A program made the position numbers and the translations under genes. DNA of 64,000 nucleotides from Eledone cirrhosa. Taxonomy: Eukaryota. Below are positions 29,044 through 44,292 of the stretch, one piece after another (the first letter of the stretch is position 1; each line of letters begins with the position of its first letter). The notes beneath the pieces were generated by a model. It saw only the letters and a program-made list of their open reading frames with translations. It was not told where the DNA came from and searched no databases. Where the stretch lies: NCBI GenBank assembly GCA_964016885.1, contig OZ024742.1:364684001-364748000 (forward strand), read 5' to 3'.

Positions 29044-30540
29044 TTATAGTTTTTGCAGTGTGGTGTCTTTTGAAAAATAATCAAATATTTTAAAATTTCT
29101 AATTTCTTTAATTCTTCGTTAAAGAACCGAATGTTGTTTATAATTCTAGGTTAATTCTTATAGCTACTAAACTCAATGTAAACGGCCAGATTCAGTTTGC
29201 TACAAGGATTAAAATATGTCATTCGGAGGCTGCTTGGTTCAATTCCCGTTGACATTTCTTTCTACATTTTCCCACTCCTTCAACTGACATATTCAACTAT
29301 TATTTACTGTTAGCTACATTGTGGCGACTCCTCCTCGGAAAAAAAGGAAACACTTTCAAATGGACACTTACTAAACTATTAATGAAAATGGAGAGAGTAC
29401 CCATTAAATATTTTATAGGTAAATGATTTTAATATTCTAAAACGAAAAGTAAACAATAAAATTCAAAAGTTTGTTCGTTCAGACATTGGGTAATGCATTA
29501 CTGTGGAGTTTTCCATAAGGCAGAAATATCTCCGGGGGTTATCTCGTATATTGTCCGAAAAAAAACAATGATATTTGTCAGTGACTAATATTGTTTTTCC
29601 TTCACTACATTCTCGTTAAGTTATTCCTGCCTCAGCACACAACATGTCCATATTAATTTACTACATATAATACATATGCCTTTTGCACAATTTTGTTGAA
29701 GTTTTCTACTTTTGAATTCATTACGCTTTAATGAATATGACATTTTAACCAGGAGATACAAGATTTAATTAATTTGGTTATTCAAAGTGAATGGCCGATG
29801 TATATTCAATAATAATAATAAAATTTAGCATATGACAATGTATTGCAATTTAAGCAGAAGGAATGCTCAGAAGCTATTACTTGAAATAATCACACAAATT
29901 TATAGTTCATTGGCATCAAGCCAAGAATAAGATAAAATTGGACATAGTTTTTTTTTATCATGAACAAACAGACATAAGGAAAAGAACGAACAAAACAATA
30001 TTGTTCTCCTATTAATCTAAAAATATTTCTTCCTTGTTCTATTAAGAAAATTGTTCACGTATTAGGAAAACACGAAAAAATCAACGAAATGTTTATTTAC
30101 CTTTTATATAACATAAGAAAACTTTCGAATGCAGCTTGGAAGTTTTATATATAGAGTGAACATATAGCCACAACCTATGATGATAAGATAATTGTTTGTT
30201 TGTGTCTTTTAAAGAGAAAAATCGAAAACGAGCTAATTTGAAAGGAGGAAAATAAAGAGAGTCACATCAAATTGAGCTGCTACTTCTCCGAATTGAGAGA
30301 TCACAGGTCCAATACTATGTGTGTGTGGTTAGAATGTCGCAGGGAAGAGGCGCTGGACAGATTTTACGGGCAAAACCAACTGGCAGGAGGCCCAGGAGTA
30401 GAGCACGAGCAAGCTGGTTCGATAGCATCCATGAGCATGGCTGGTCTCTCTTAGGGATCCAGCTGGATCAGTTGGAGACAGTTGCTTCTAACAGGACTCA
30501 ATGATTGACGACTCTGTCCTCAGGCATGACACATTCAGGA

Positions 30541-30680
30541 ATGATGATGATGATGATGATGGTGATGATGAGAAGAACAAGAACAAGAACAGGAAGAAAA
30601 GGAAAAAGAAAAAGAAAAAGAAAAAGAAAAAGAAAAAGAAAAAGAAAAAGAAAAAGAAAAAGAAAAAGAAGAAGATGATG
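30541..30680. repeat. Compound (GAT)n/(AAGAAC)n/(AAAAAG)n microsatellite
   Basis: Directly visible. Confidence 0.93.
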
Positions 30681-31296
30681 AAGTTATTGACAGAAATATT
30701 AGAGTGTCGGGAAAATACGTTTGTGTGCCAGTTGAATACTTTCAGAGTTCGAATTCCACTAACTTCATCTTTACATTTCCACATTTTTTTCTAACTGTTA
30801 AGTGATATTTGGCTGCTATTTCTAATAGGTTCGTAATCACATCTAAGAAAACATCAGCACAGAACTTAGAGGTTTTATTGAAACATTTATTATACATATG
30901 TCCCCACCTTCACTTCGTGAAATAATATTTTTTGAAGAAGGGTTTAATTTGAAAGAAGGAAATGTATACATAGAGGACCGGAAAAATATCTTACGATGTT
31001 TGTTCCGGTTCATTGCATTTAGGGAACGAACTCCACCGAGGTGAAACTTATGTTTTATAGCCCCAGAGTCGAGAAAATAATCTACCACTCAATTATTAAG
31101 ATCGATGCCCTCCGATTTATCGATTTCCCATACAATGTCTAATGTTTAGAAGACTATCTCAGAAACACAGGAAGAACAAGAGAGAAGAGAATGATAAGTA
31201 ATGTATGTATGTAAAAGGTAAACAGAAATGACAACACAATCAGTACAGTATATGGAATGGATATATTAGGTTAACGCTTGCTATTGCAGGAAGAGG

Positions 31297-31333
31297 GTCC
31301 TAATGTTTCAGACGCTAGTCTTTCATCAAAAGA
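31297..31333 (-). ncRNA. Degenerate minimal hammerhead relic
   Basis: Minus strand: TTCT-TTGATGA-aAGAC(tagc)GTCT-GAAAC-AT-TA-GGAC. C3T change and weak stem I. Confidence 0.4.
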
Positions 31334-31507
31334 AAGAAGGAGAAATAATATATGCTTTAAATGTTGAAAAACAATTGCAATAGTAAAAAAAGCTAAATGT
31401 TTCTATTGTTGAACCTTTACGTAACTTCTATGTAACTTCCATGTATTGAAAGAGTTTATATTTGGTAGCTATTTGATAATATATTGTAAAACCAATCTAG
31501 CTAGGTT

Positions 31508-31650
31508 TTAAAGACCAGCTTCAAGAAAAATATCTCGTTGATGTACAGTCTGCAACTGGCGGAGTTTAGTGTCAAAGTAGTAAGTAGTAGTCAAGATGTC
31601 CTCTCTCTCAGAAAAATAGTTTCTCCATCGGAACAAATACTGGGAGTTCT
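31508..31650 (-). CDS. Candidate exon (ENSQYLFRWRNYFSEREDILTTTYYFDTKLRQLQTVHQRDIFLEAGL*)
   Basis: Acceptor-like CTGTTTTTGTAG followed by an open non-repetitive frame to a stop. No recognisable domain. Confidence 0.25.
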
Positions 31651-31985
31651 CTACAAAAACAGATATGTTTCTAAAGGATCTATTTCTCATGAAATATTGT
31701 TTGATATATATTTTACATTCGAATTTAAAACCCCCACACAAACACACATACCTGTGTGTGTTTTTGTGTGTGTGTATGAAGGGAGTATGGTTGGAGTATG
31801 GTGAGCGAAGTTTAGAACTGAAATATAGACTGATAGTGGGGTGTATAGAAGCTCTGACCGGAAAAAAAGTTGTCCATCAGCTACCATTGGATACCCACTG
31901 TTTCGGTTCAGTCGGTTGATACACCCCACTATTAGATTAGATTATTACAACGAATATTACATATTACGCCGAATATTCTCTTTCA

Positions 31986-32035
<50 letters not shown>

Positions 32036-32039
32036 TTTT

Positions 32040-32489
<450 letters not shown>

Positions 32490-33881
32490 TTTACAATTTT
32501 CACGCACAACTATTTCCCCCGTAAGTAGTTATGTTTTCAACAATAATCACACTCTTTCTCCGGTATACCATTCGCGACCTATAGGCTGAACATTGAAGTA
32601 GTTACATACTAGAAATAAATAATAAAATATTTCTCTCATGTTTAATCACTTTGACGTGTCAGTAATCTACATAAACTATAGGGTTCCCTTTATGCATGCA
32701 CTTATTTCATCAGACCACAAATTTTTCAATATTTATGATTGTTCATATATCCTGAAATTCTGATTGAGAGAGCATACAAATCTTTTACCACTAAAATCAA
32801 ATGCATTCAACACTTACTTCCATCATTATTGGCAGCACGGCTCCATTAGTATACCCAGAATAGAGTAAGAATGTAAACAGAATGTAAACAGAATGTAATA
32901 AATATTTAAATAAAACACCAGAACATTTATCGTAACAATTTCTGTAAGACATTATTAATGTAGCACAAGAGATAATCTAGCTTCTCACAACAGATAATGT
33001 CTTCACATTATTGATAAGTCTTTCCATAATAAAGCTGTGTTTATTATCAGTCAATCGCAGCTGTTGGGTTTTCTTGGAAACCAATCCGACATAGATATTA
33101 CAATATGATAAATTAATATTGCTATAACAGAATCAGACTTATCTGTATATGGTCGTTGATTAAACAAGCCAGCCACCTTTTGATTATTTACAAACAGGTC
33201 CGTATGTTTGTAGCTGGAGCCGATGTGGTTGTATTGAGGGAATGCATGATAATATTTCCGTTCCTTTAGCTAGGATGTGAGCTGAAGCACTACATTATCA
33301 AGCTGCAACACATTAAAGTCAGCGTCAGACAGAGGTCCCTGACAGGTTCAAGATGACGAATATATTGTATCCTTGTTACCCTCACCTTCACTGCTTTCTA
33401 TGTCTGATCCTTAGGTTTTATTGCACTATTAACAATCTTGTTCCGCCATATTGAAACCTCTATAATGACACATTGTTCCATCTGCAGACCTCGTTTATGG
33501 ACTTCCCTGGGTTTCCCTGTAGAGATATCCAGTAGACAACTCTATGTCTCTAAATCTCCTCGTCAGTTCTGTAAATTTAAAATCAGTAACATATACGGGA
33601 TTGTGCATTATATCCCATGTAGATGTTTCACACATACGACCATCTTTCTATATCGATTAGGAATCTAGTTTGATGTCAATATAGATTCTGTGGTCTTCTG
33701 ATTGGCAGGTGAACAATTATCTGATTGGTTTCCGAAGGTTTCTGCGAATGACGGACATTTTTAATTGAGTGCTAATAAATGCTCGGATCTATCCCTTTGA
33801 ATCTTTGAGCTTATTCTACAGAGCGTATGGTGCATGTTTTTCAGACATGACATCCATCCTTACTTTAATTTCGGTTATATA

Positions 33882-34268
33882 TACGGCTCCTAAACAGTTG
33901 AGCTTATCGCAGTTAAAAGGACTAGGCTGCTATTTCTAGCTGTCGATAATCCACTGGGATCACGGTGGCGCGATGTCTATATTTTTTGAAAAATACCACA
34001 CGTGCTTTTCGTCATTCGCTGATTTGCTTTTAGTGTCTAAACACAGATAATTCTCCTCCTTTGCCGATGATCCGGGATTTAACATCTGTCATTTACCGAT
34101 TAATGGTGAAATATGTTTATTTTATGAAATATACACAAAGGAGATTAATCATTATTGTAAGGTATCTATATTTGAAGTTCTCGTTAAATTTCAATTTGTT
34201 ACCTACGTAACTCTGTGTGTTTGCACTCTTTACAAATTATCCCCTGTGATTGTTTCATGTGTTTATTT

Positions 34269-34272
<4 letters not shown>
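33882..34272 (+). mobile_element. Family D copy 2 with decayed hammerhead (34056-34143)
   Basis: Homologous to 15170-15575. CTCCTTTG-CCGATGA...GAAA-TATA-CA-CAAAGGAG. Ends in (AT)n. Confidence 0.75.
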
Positions 34273-34322
<50 letters not shown>

Positions 34323-34328
<6 letters not shown>

Positions 34329-34720
34329 GGAAAAGAATGAAATGAAATTTCATTTCTCACTCTTAGTACGGCTGATACTAAGAGTGAGAAATCAAATTTC
34401 ATTTCATTCTTTTCCATTTATCGTTTTCGGTACGCCCGGCCGACTAACTCACTCGATATGCAAATTAGGGTGCTCAGCCGTTAATATGCATAAGGAAAGT
34501 TTATACTTTCAAACGTTCAATCATCTGACAGCAAGATATACGATGCTGACGATAGCTAATAAGCTTAAAACTAGTTCATCGTTCCTTTGTCAGTGTTGAA
34601 CAAAAGGGCGACGATGGTTGCCGAACATTGTACGGCATAATTCGGACTGTTTGTTTACCGAAGCATACACGATGCATACACGATAAAAAATTATAATAAA
34701 TGTTCGGTAAACCCTTACGT
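34323..34720 (+). mobile_element. Fold-back element (family E) with a 5' ~45-bp hairpin and a hammerhead
   Basis: 34323-34364 is inverted at ~34373-34421, with the hammerhead motif downstream and (AT)n at the left. Confidence 0.7.
34541..34581 (+). ncRNA. Minimal hammerhead motif (G12A variant)
   Basis: CGATG-CTGACGA-tAGC(taataa)GCTt-AAAA-CTAG-TT-CATCG. Confidence 0.7.
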
Positions 34721-34830
34721 ACATATATATATATATGTGCATGTATGTATGTATATACATACTACTGTACGTCTGTATACATATATGTATGTACGTATAG
34801 ATACATTTATATATATATATATATATATAT

Positions 34831-34968
34831 AGTAATAATAATAAATGTTAAGACTAAAATACAAAGAGGGCTCGATAAGGATAAATATATATCAAATACA
34901 TAGGAACCCTAGAGCAAATATTTATTAAGATAACAGATTAAAGTTTAAGCAAAGAATCGCTGCTTTCA

Positions 34969-34969
<1 letters not shown>
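34831..34969 (-). mobile_element. Family F fragment, inverted relative to 32210-32347
   Basis: High-identity reverse complement, flanked by (AT)n. Confidence 0.8.
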
Positions 34970-35028
<59 letters not shown>

Positions 35029-35455
35029 CTGTGCGTGTGAATCGATTTTTAATTGAATGCGATATATATATATATATATATATGTATGTACGATATTAAA
35101 TAAATGGAAACTATATTTATAAAACCATATTTATTTCATTATATATATTTCAGGGATATCATATTAAAAATATGGTATGCCTTCTTCAGACAAAATACAA
35201 TATAAACAGTCTTATAAATAGATAGATTTGACATACCTTACAACTTCAACTTTCATTTAAAAAGTTGATTTGGTAGTGAAAAATGTTAGGGACAGTTATA
35301 AAAAGAAAGAAAGAAAAAGCGAAGAAAAAGAAGAAATGCATGCAACTAAATAGAGAGAGAAATAGATATAGAGAGATAGATAGAGAGAAGAAATTCATGT
35401 AAAGAAACAGAGAGAGATAGATAGATAGAGAAAAAAAACACAGAGGGAGATAGAT

Positions 35456-35487
<32 letters not shown>

Positions 35488-36539
35488 AAATAGAGAGAGA
35501 TAGATATAGATAGAGATAGAGAGAAAGAAAATAGGTAGTTGGGCATCAGTTGAATGACGTATCAATGATATATTTATTTATTTATTTATTTAGTTCTAGT
35601 ATTAAGGTAGAGAGAGATGTATGTGGTTAGGAGAGAAAACAGCCGTTACATAGAGAGAAAAGAAAAATATCCAGATATAAACGAGGCAGATTTAAAACAT
35701 TACGTTTCATCAATGTAAAAATATCAATTCGTATGAATTAGGTATTATAATGTAAATATCAGTATTCATGAATGAGACACGTATCAATAATGTGTGAAAA
35801 ATAATGATCATATGTCTAGTTTAAAATTCCTAGGTTTATATCAGAGTTGAGCTAAAAAACTGAGATAAAAAAACTGAGATAAAAAACTGAGATAAAAGAA
35901 AATAGAAGGTTATCCCAGATTCGATACTATAGACTTCCATGTGAATTTACATGATCAACTCTGCAAATTCCTATTTCACATGAAAACATTCTCATTGTGC
36001 TATAAAAATTCTAGTATACATATATGTGTACATACACAGAAATATATATAGAATCTACATTAATTTTAACAATACTATTCTTGTCTTTACTCTACATGAT
36101 TATCGTTCAAGCATAAATAGACAACAATAAAAATATCAAAAAATTAAAAAATATTTAAAATAAAACACAGTATGCCCCGCAAATCAACCACAGAGATCAA
36201 CCCTTCAAAATTAATTGACAATATATTGCCAAGTTCATTATAAGCATCAGAATCAAAAGCAAACAAAACCAAAATTATTTACCAAATCCTGTCTAGCAGA
36301 AAACATTCCAAAAGTTTAGGATACCCATTTGATCTACAGATGGTCTTATATTTATTATAGAAGTTTATCTAGTGTAAAATTTATTCGATATATTTGGAGC
36401 ATCAGCTTTTAGGGTAGTTTAATTATTCATGAAGAATGTTTAAAAAAAGAAATCGAAAGATTTATCGGCGAGTTTCATAAATAATTATAAATCAAAGTAA
36501 ATATACTACATTTTAAATTTATATTTATATTTAAAAATT

Positions 36540-36834
36540 GAGTTCAATCTATGTCTGCAGCAACTGAATAAATTTGTCCGTAAATTAAGGGAATTTTTAG
36601 ATTTTAGTATAAAGAATATCTCCTCCGCGCAGAGGTCACATGTCTCAGAGGATGAATTAAAAGGAATCCCTCTTGAGACTATATTCCAAGCCGTCGAATA
36701 TCCAACGTTATCATGCTTAAGTTGCCAGAGTAAGCCTGATAGTGATGTTGAAGATTTTTTGCCTGTGGATCTGTGAAAGAATTCTTGTGGTTATTATAGC
36801 GAAGTTTAAATTCTGTCGAGGTGGAACCCACATA
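36540..36834 (-). pseudogene. Naiad-type PLE GIY-YIG endonuclease fragment (not in the ORF track)
   Basis: YVGSTSTEFKLRYNNHKNSF, a frameshift in an A-run, then SSTSLSGLLWQLK...W...CDLCAEE...LNLRTNLFSCCRHR. Confidence 0.85.
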
Positions 36835-37382
36835 GTTAAAAGAATTTAAAATTTAAAATTGTGTAATTATAATCATTTCTATTACTTTTTTTCCACACAA
36901 CAATAATACACGGACGTAGTGGTGAACAACATTCCATGGTTACATACATACAAGTCTTGTTCATTCTACCAATTAACAGACTAAATCTAGAGACTCTTGA
37001 TTGTCTTAGACAGTTACTAGTCACAATCACTGATCCATGGCAGTTTAACTTTGGTACAAACTTGAGTACTTTTTTGTCACATGATATTAATGTACGGACG
37101 TTGTGGAGAACGAACGTAATTCTATGTCTAATCATGTGATTATTCTCAACCAATCAAATTGTATCATAAAGAGATAACAATTTGAGCCACATTGTGTGTG
37201 TGTCTGTGTGTGTGTGTGTATGAGTATATGTGTATATCCCTGTGTGTGTATGAGTGTATATGTGTCTGTGTATGTGAATGAGAGTATTGGTCTGTCTGTC
37301 TGTGTGCATGTGTGTGTGTATGCGTGCATGTGTGTGTGTATGTGTGTGTGTGTGCGCGCGCTTTTGCGTGTGTGTGAGTGTA

Positions 37383-37444
<62 letters not shown>

Positions 37445-37964
37445 GGTGGGTGTATGTGTGTCGTTTCAAAATGCTATAGAGAGCATATTCTGAAATTTTA
37501 TATTTTATAATTTCAATTATTTTGGATTCTTGGATGGAATATTCCACCATTAAGAGAAGTTTAATGATTACTTTTAAAGTGATATCTATATTTAGTAGAT
37601 TTTTATCTTTCCTTATAGATTTCAAATATGAATAACATAATGTAATTCTCTCTCCTATATTTTCCTTTCTTTTATATCACATATTTTTACTCCTGTCCTT
37701 CAGTGCACTCTATATTCTACTAAATCAACCATTACACATCTTTCTTGTTCAAATCTCTTTCACATTTCTATCACAGCTTTTCTAATCATTTTCACATTCT
37801 AAGACATAACAACATTAATCTAAAAGCAGATCTGCGTCCATTTACTCAAAGAAATTAGATATTTATTTAACTTGCCTTTATTATTATTCAGAAACCATTA
37901 TTATTATTGTTATTGTTGTTACTACTACTATTATCATTATTGTTGTTATTTTTATCATTATTCT

Positions 37965-38130
37965 TGCGGTGGATTGGCAGTATCGTTAGAGCGTAGGACA
38001 CCTAGCTTTGAAGCAGAGAGTTACGTCCCTTTACGTTCTGAGTTCAAATTCCACCGAGGTTAGCTTTCCCATTCATAGTTACGGATTTGATAAAATAAAT
38101 TACTAGGAAGTAATATGGTCGATTTAATCT
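37965..38130 (+). mobile_element. Diverged SINE S1
   Basis: GGTGGATTGGCAGTATCG...GAGTTCAAATTCCACCGAGG. Confidence 0.8.
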
Positions 38131-38169
38131 ATACTTGTAATACTAGGTACCACCCTACGAAGTGATCAA

Positions 38170-38620
38170 GGTTAGACCCCATAACAGATTATAGGCCGAA
38201 GAATCTCTTCTTTTATCGGGGATATATGATAAGGTTGTATGGAGAAGGTACCATGGACAGGCAATAATCACCCGAATGTTTATGTATTGTCATGACTGAG
38301 CATCCACGAATATAGACAAAAAAGTCATATTAAAGATTACCGCCCAATAGCCTGCCAGAATGTCATGTACAAATTATACATTGGGTGCCTCAAAATATTA
38401 TTGTAGGAACATTGTGCCACCCCACCAATAACATGATAACACCTGCAGATGCTAGGAGAAAGGAGGAACACCTATAGAACACCTGTTAATTAACAAAATT
38501 GGTCAAGAAGTATAGAGAAAAAGAGCAGGAACCTGACTGCAGTCTGAAATAATAGAAGTCCTTTGATAGTATAGCACAAGTGTGGATTATCGGGGCTTCA
38601 CAGTTAGTCACAACTTCCTG
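38170..38620 (+). pseudogene. Decayed non-LTR RT fragment, R4/Dong-like
   Basis: DYRPIACQNVMYKLY at 38335-38379, then EHLLINK, RNLTAV and SFDSIAQVWI in shifting frames. Confidence 0.65.
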
Positions 38621-39159
38621 GTTGGATATATTCCTCAGAACAGTTTAAATTAGGAAACTTGCAGCCTTTTTTCAAAAATTACATTGGCTAGATGGCGGTT
38701 GTGGATGTTGTGGTAGTAGTGGTGTTGCTAGTGTAGGATGTGTGCTTTGTCTTGGAATGTTGTTGCACGTATTAATTGTGCGTGTTGTCGAAGGTAGACT
38801 TGTCCATTTGATCTCATTGTGTATAATAATTGATCTCATTGTGTATAATAGTTTTAGAATGATCGTCTACACCTTCTCATTAACCTTTCGGATTCTATCT
38901 CGTCAACATCTCCAGCAACTTGTTCAATTGTTGCTAATCTAATTCGGCAACATTGTATTTTAAGTAGTAGCATTCCTGCAATAATTAATTTTCTTTATAA
39001 ATTAAAAAGCATACACGATAAAAAATTATGTTACTAGAAAATAAATAGGATGGCTGGATGTCTCATTATTTAAACTAAACGGCTAATTCTGTTTTTTTTT
39101 AAATCAACGAAGACAAGGTAGAAGAATTACCGCCCCAGCACTTATTCCAACTCCTCCTA

Positions 39160-39563
39160 TTATCTGGGACACGAAAGTTGTCTTACAATCTTCCCGTTCC
39201 GCGGTGGCAAACTCTTCGTCCGGAATGCCACTTGCATCGACACTTTCTCCAGCCGCAACTTGGTGCAGTCTGCGACTAACACAGGTTATGCTGCACGTTG
39301 GGCTGAGGAGGCCAAACTCTCCAAGTAGCGGTCGCTCTCCGACAGGTTTGCGATCGTACCCTGGTAGTGGAGACTTCTGGTGTCCTCGGACTTAGGGCTA
39401 CCTCCCTATTCACCACCATAGGCGCTGAGCTGGCCAGCTGCAGGTGTGAGCCCCGCGAGTTGGAGTGGCTTTTCCAGCGCGTCTCCCTTGCCGTCCTCCG
39501 GGGAAACGCCCTTCTCCATTTTGTCCACCGGGGCAGTGGAGAGGCCACCAATATGATTGACTG
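39160..39563 (+). pseudogene. 3' end of a CRE-like (restriction-like endonuclease) non-LTR retrotransposon
   Basis: AARWAEEAKLSK, VVETSGVLG and EWLFQRVSLAVLRGNA match the C-terminal signature of CRE-clade elements. Confidence 0.8.
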
Positions 39564-39639
39564 ACTTGTCATTTTATCAGTGAACTGATGCTGTCGTTAG
39601 ATAACTAGTTGAGGCTAGTAACATAGGTGTGTGCTATAT

Positions 39640-39805
39640 GTGGTGGCGGTGGTGGTGGTGGTGGTGGTGGTGGTGGTGGTGGTGGTGGTGGTGGTGGTGG
39701 TGGTGGTGGTGGTAGTAGTGGTGGTAGTGGTGGTTGTAGTGGTGGTGGTGGTGGTGGTAGTGGTGGTGATGGTGGTAGTGGTGGTTGTAGTGGTGGTGGT
39801 GGTGG
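39640..39805. repeat. (GGT)n microsatellite
   Basis: Directly visible. Confidence 0.95.
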
Positions 39806-40099
39806 ACATGTGTGATGGTGAGAATGGAGTTTGTTTTGTGTGATTCCCGACAGTTTATTGAATAGTCGACTCTTGTCTATTTTCTCGTCAATATCATCCT
39901 GACATGATACATCTATGTTGGCAGTTTGGGAAAAACGAATCCATGCATTCATGAGAATATAATTTTCATACTCAAATTGTGTAATTTTATATGTGTGTGT
40001 GTATATATATATATAAATGTGTGTGTGTGTGTGTGGTTTCAAGACTCTCCAAGGTAAAGTAGTGATCTTTCTAAAAATCTATTGCTAAAGTATATTATT

Positions 40100-40255
40100 A
40101 TAAGTGAATTCATCAAGACTATTGCATGCTACCTAAGGTTTGAAAGCTTATTGAAAGATAAGCAACACTAGCAGACATGCCGTCTCTAAGGCCGACGATG
40201 CTAGATTGGGCTTTGAAACCTCAGGTATCATGCAACTGTGTTGAGAATTTATGGA
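40100..40255 (+). mobile_element. Old fold-back element with decayed hammerhead (40188-40231)
   Basis: CCGACGA...GAAA-CCTCAGG-TA. 40210-40235 is inverted at ~40122-40147. Confidence 0.45.
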
Positions 40256-40314
40256 TAATATATATATAAGTTTATATATACATATATATATATATATTTA
40301 TATATATGTCTGTG

Positions 40315-40350
<36 letters not shown>

Positions 40351-40357
40351 TACATAC

Positions 40358-40399
<42 letters not shown>

Positions 40400-40402
<3 letters not shown>

Positions 40403-40587
40403 CGAGTAGGACCCCGACGGCTGAGCTCAAGCCGTTTCGACGGCTAATTCTGTACAGAATTAGCCGTCGAAACGGCTTGAGCTCAGCCGTCGGGGTCCTA
40501 CTCGTTCCTATTACCCACTCTACTACCCTAAGTATTGAGTACTTTGGTGCGTTATGGTCCACCTGGTTCCTCACCACATTTCCTTCG

Positions 40588-40590
<3 letters not shown>
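40400..40590 (+). mobile_element. Element in (AT)n starting with a perfect 108-bp palindrome that contains the 3' half of a hammerhead
   Basis: 40400-40507 is a perfect palindrome centred on TGTACA, with GAAA-CGGCT(tgagctc)AGCCG-TC-GGGG at 40469-40495. Confidence 0.75.
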
Positions 40591-40636
<46 letters not shown>

Positions 40637-40642
40637 CATATA

Positions 40643-42069
40643 CAGAAGAAATTAAAAGATGGTTAAATATATTTTATTATGCGCATTTCGAAAACCATCA
40701 TCCTGGGACAAAAATTGTGTTCTCATCAGATAAAATAAGGTAACATGATATGAGGCCTAAAAACACTCTGTCCAGTCAACATATGACAAAAATATAAGGG
40801 AAGAGAAAAAAATAGGAAAAATGAAGAAAAGGAAAAAAGAATTTATGTCTAGCTAAAAAAATTTACCATTATCTCGAATTTTAACTCTTTAACAAATCGA
40901 CGTACGGACTTATTTGGTCTCTGCATTCATAAATCTTTTAAGACCTTTCACAAAGTATACAGCTAATGTCCTATTACTTATTCTACAAATACACATATAT
41001 CTTTTCACACATTTTTTCTCACATATTTCATTATATTCTACAATGTATTAATCCCCTTTTCTCTGCATTATTAAGCCTTCACCTTCTTTCTCTATTGATG
41101 TAAATTATTTTCGTTCAAACCTTCGTAGATTTTGTAAACAATCTATGACGTCATATGTCATTCTACATTTATAAACCTTTCTAGCAATTTCCTTTATTTA
41201 CTTGTTGATATAAAATAATAATCAAATACTATACCCCACATATATACATTTTTAATAGTAATTTTTAATTTTGACATAGATAGACTATTCTTATTTTTAT
41301 TTTTTATTCTAGTCTATCTTATTTTATTTTATTTATTATATTTTATTTTATTTTATTTAAAATACCCCCTTTTTTATAATTATTATAATTATTTTTAATT
41401 TAATTTTTATTTTATTTTATTTTATTTTATTTTATTTTTATTTTATTAATACATTTTTACACTTCTTAATCCAATTTTTAGTATTCAAACTGAATATTAA
41501 ATAATATACCCAGTTTCTTTATTCTAAACATCTAATATTTGTTATATTAGCACATTCACCTCATCAATTTATTTATTTATTTATTATTTATATTTTATTA
41601 TTATATTTTTTTAGCCGTTATTCACAGCTGTTTTTTTAATTTTTGACAGCGTTCCCAGTCAAAAGTATCTCTGTCTCTCTCTCTCTTTCTCTTTCTCTCA
41701 CCTCCTTCTTTCTTTCTTTTTTCCTCTCTTCTATTTCTTTTTTCCTTTTTCCTTCTTCTTTCCTTTTCTTCCTTTTTCCTATATTTTTTTTCTCTTCTCT
41801 TATACTTCTGTCATATGTTGTCTGGACACTTTCTTGTTCACAAGTGTTTTTAGGCCTCATATCATGTTACCTTGTGTTATCTGACGAGAACACTATGTTT
41901 GTCCCAGGATGATGTTGTTTTAAAAAGGCGCATAATAAAATATATGGAAATTTTTTAACCATCTTTTCATTTCTTCTTTATATATACGCCAGTTCTACCA
42001 ACTGTCGAGTGGTACTTATCTGATATATGCATAGTTTTATTGTGCTACAATATTACTCACCTCCTACAT
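40643..42069. mobile_element. Family A copy 2 (fold-back, two hammerheads)
   Basis: ~190-bp inverted ends with the extension on the right, ending CTCACCTCCTACAT. (AT)n on both sides. Confidence 0.85.
40670..40737 (-). ncRNA. Hammerhead ribozyme (family A), intact core
   Basis: Minus strand: TATTTTAT-CTGATGA-GAAC...TTTC-GAAA-TGCGCA-TA-ATAAAATA. The plus-strand partner at 41873-41942 has GAAA mutated. Confidence 0.85.
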
Positions 42070-42145
<76 letters not shown>

Positions 42146-42150
<5 letters not shown>

Positions 42151-42775
42151 ACTTTTAACTTGTTAAAATATCCCCCACACTCATACAGACACATTCCTAC
42201 TGACCATCCCTCTACCACGAATTACTCTGCCACACACACACACACACACTTGCCTTAATAGGCATTTGAACTGTCAACAGGCTGCGGTTCGCACACACAT
42301 CCCTGCTTACCATTATCACAACAACGAACCTCTTTACTACTACTACACACACACACACATACACATTTGTCTTGAAAGACTTATTTTTCAGTGACTTCTC
42401 AATCAGCCGAGGCAAACCTATATTTGGCGCAAAATTAATTTTTAACATTCACATGACCTCTACCGACCAATCAAAATTGTTTTGACCACAAGGATTTTTT
42501 CATACATCTGGAGCCACTTTTTTTTACATAAATCAGGTAGAATTTCCAAAACTAATCAGATTAGAGCAAACATCACGGGCGCTCTATCTCAAAATTATTT
42601 TTGAAAAGCATTGGAAATGCGCAACCGGTAAAACTTAAAACCAAAACTGAATAATAACCAATACTTATTACTAATTTTTACTTATTCCTAATTAAACTAT
42701 TTTTCACTGGGAACAATTTTCTTTTCCTTTTACCAATATATCATAACTCGTGTGTTACACCTCTATTCTTTTAAA
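42146..42775 (+). repeat. Interspersed non-coding repeat, family C
   Basis: The 3' part matches 19190-19335 and, inverted, 44815-44915. Lies between (AT)n tracts. Confidence 0.7.
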
Positions 42776-42808
42776 TATATATATATATATATATACATAT
42801 ATATATAC

Positions 42809-42839
<31 letters not shown>

Positions 42840-42841
42840 CA

Positions 42842-44207
<1,366 letters not shown>

Positions 44208-44228
44208 GTATATATATATATGTATATA

Positions 44229-44290
<62 letters not shown>

Positions 44291-44292
<2 letters not shown>

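Noticed and set aside
33420-33850. Possible RTE-like LINE remnant (also 39850-39930)
   Set aside because: Only faint peptide resemblance with many stops; cannot be supported without a search.
36836-37153. Cys-containing ORF superficially like a small toxin
   Set aside because: No signal peptide or recognisable Cys spacing; adjacent to TE debris.
42610-42630. GAAATGCGCAACCGG in family C as a hammerhead 3' half
   Set aside because: No recognisable CTGANGA core upstream in either copy.
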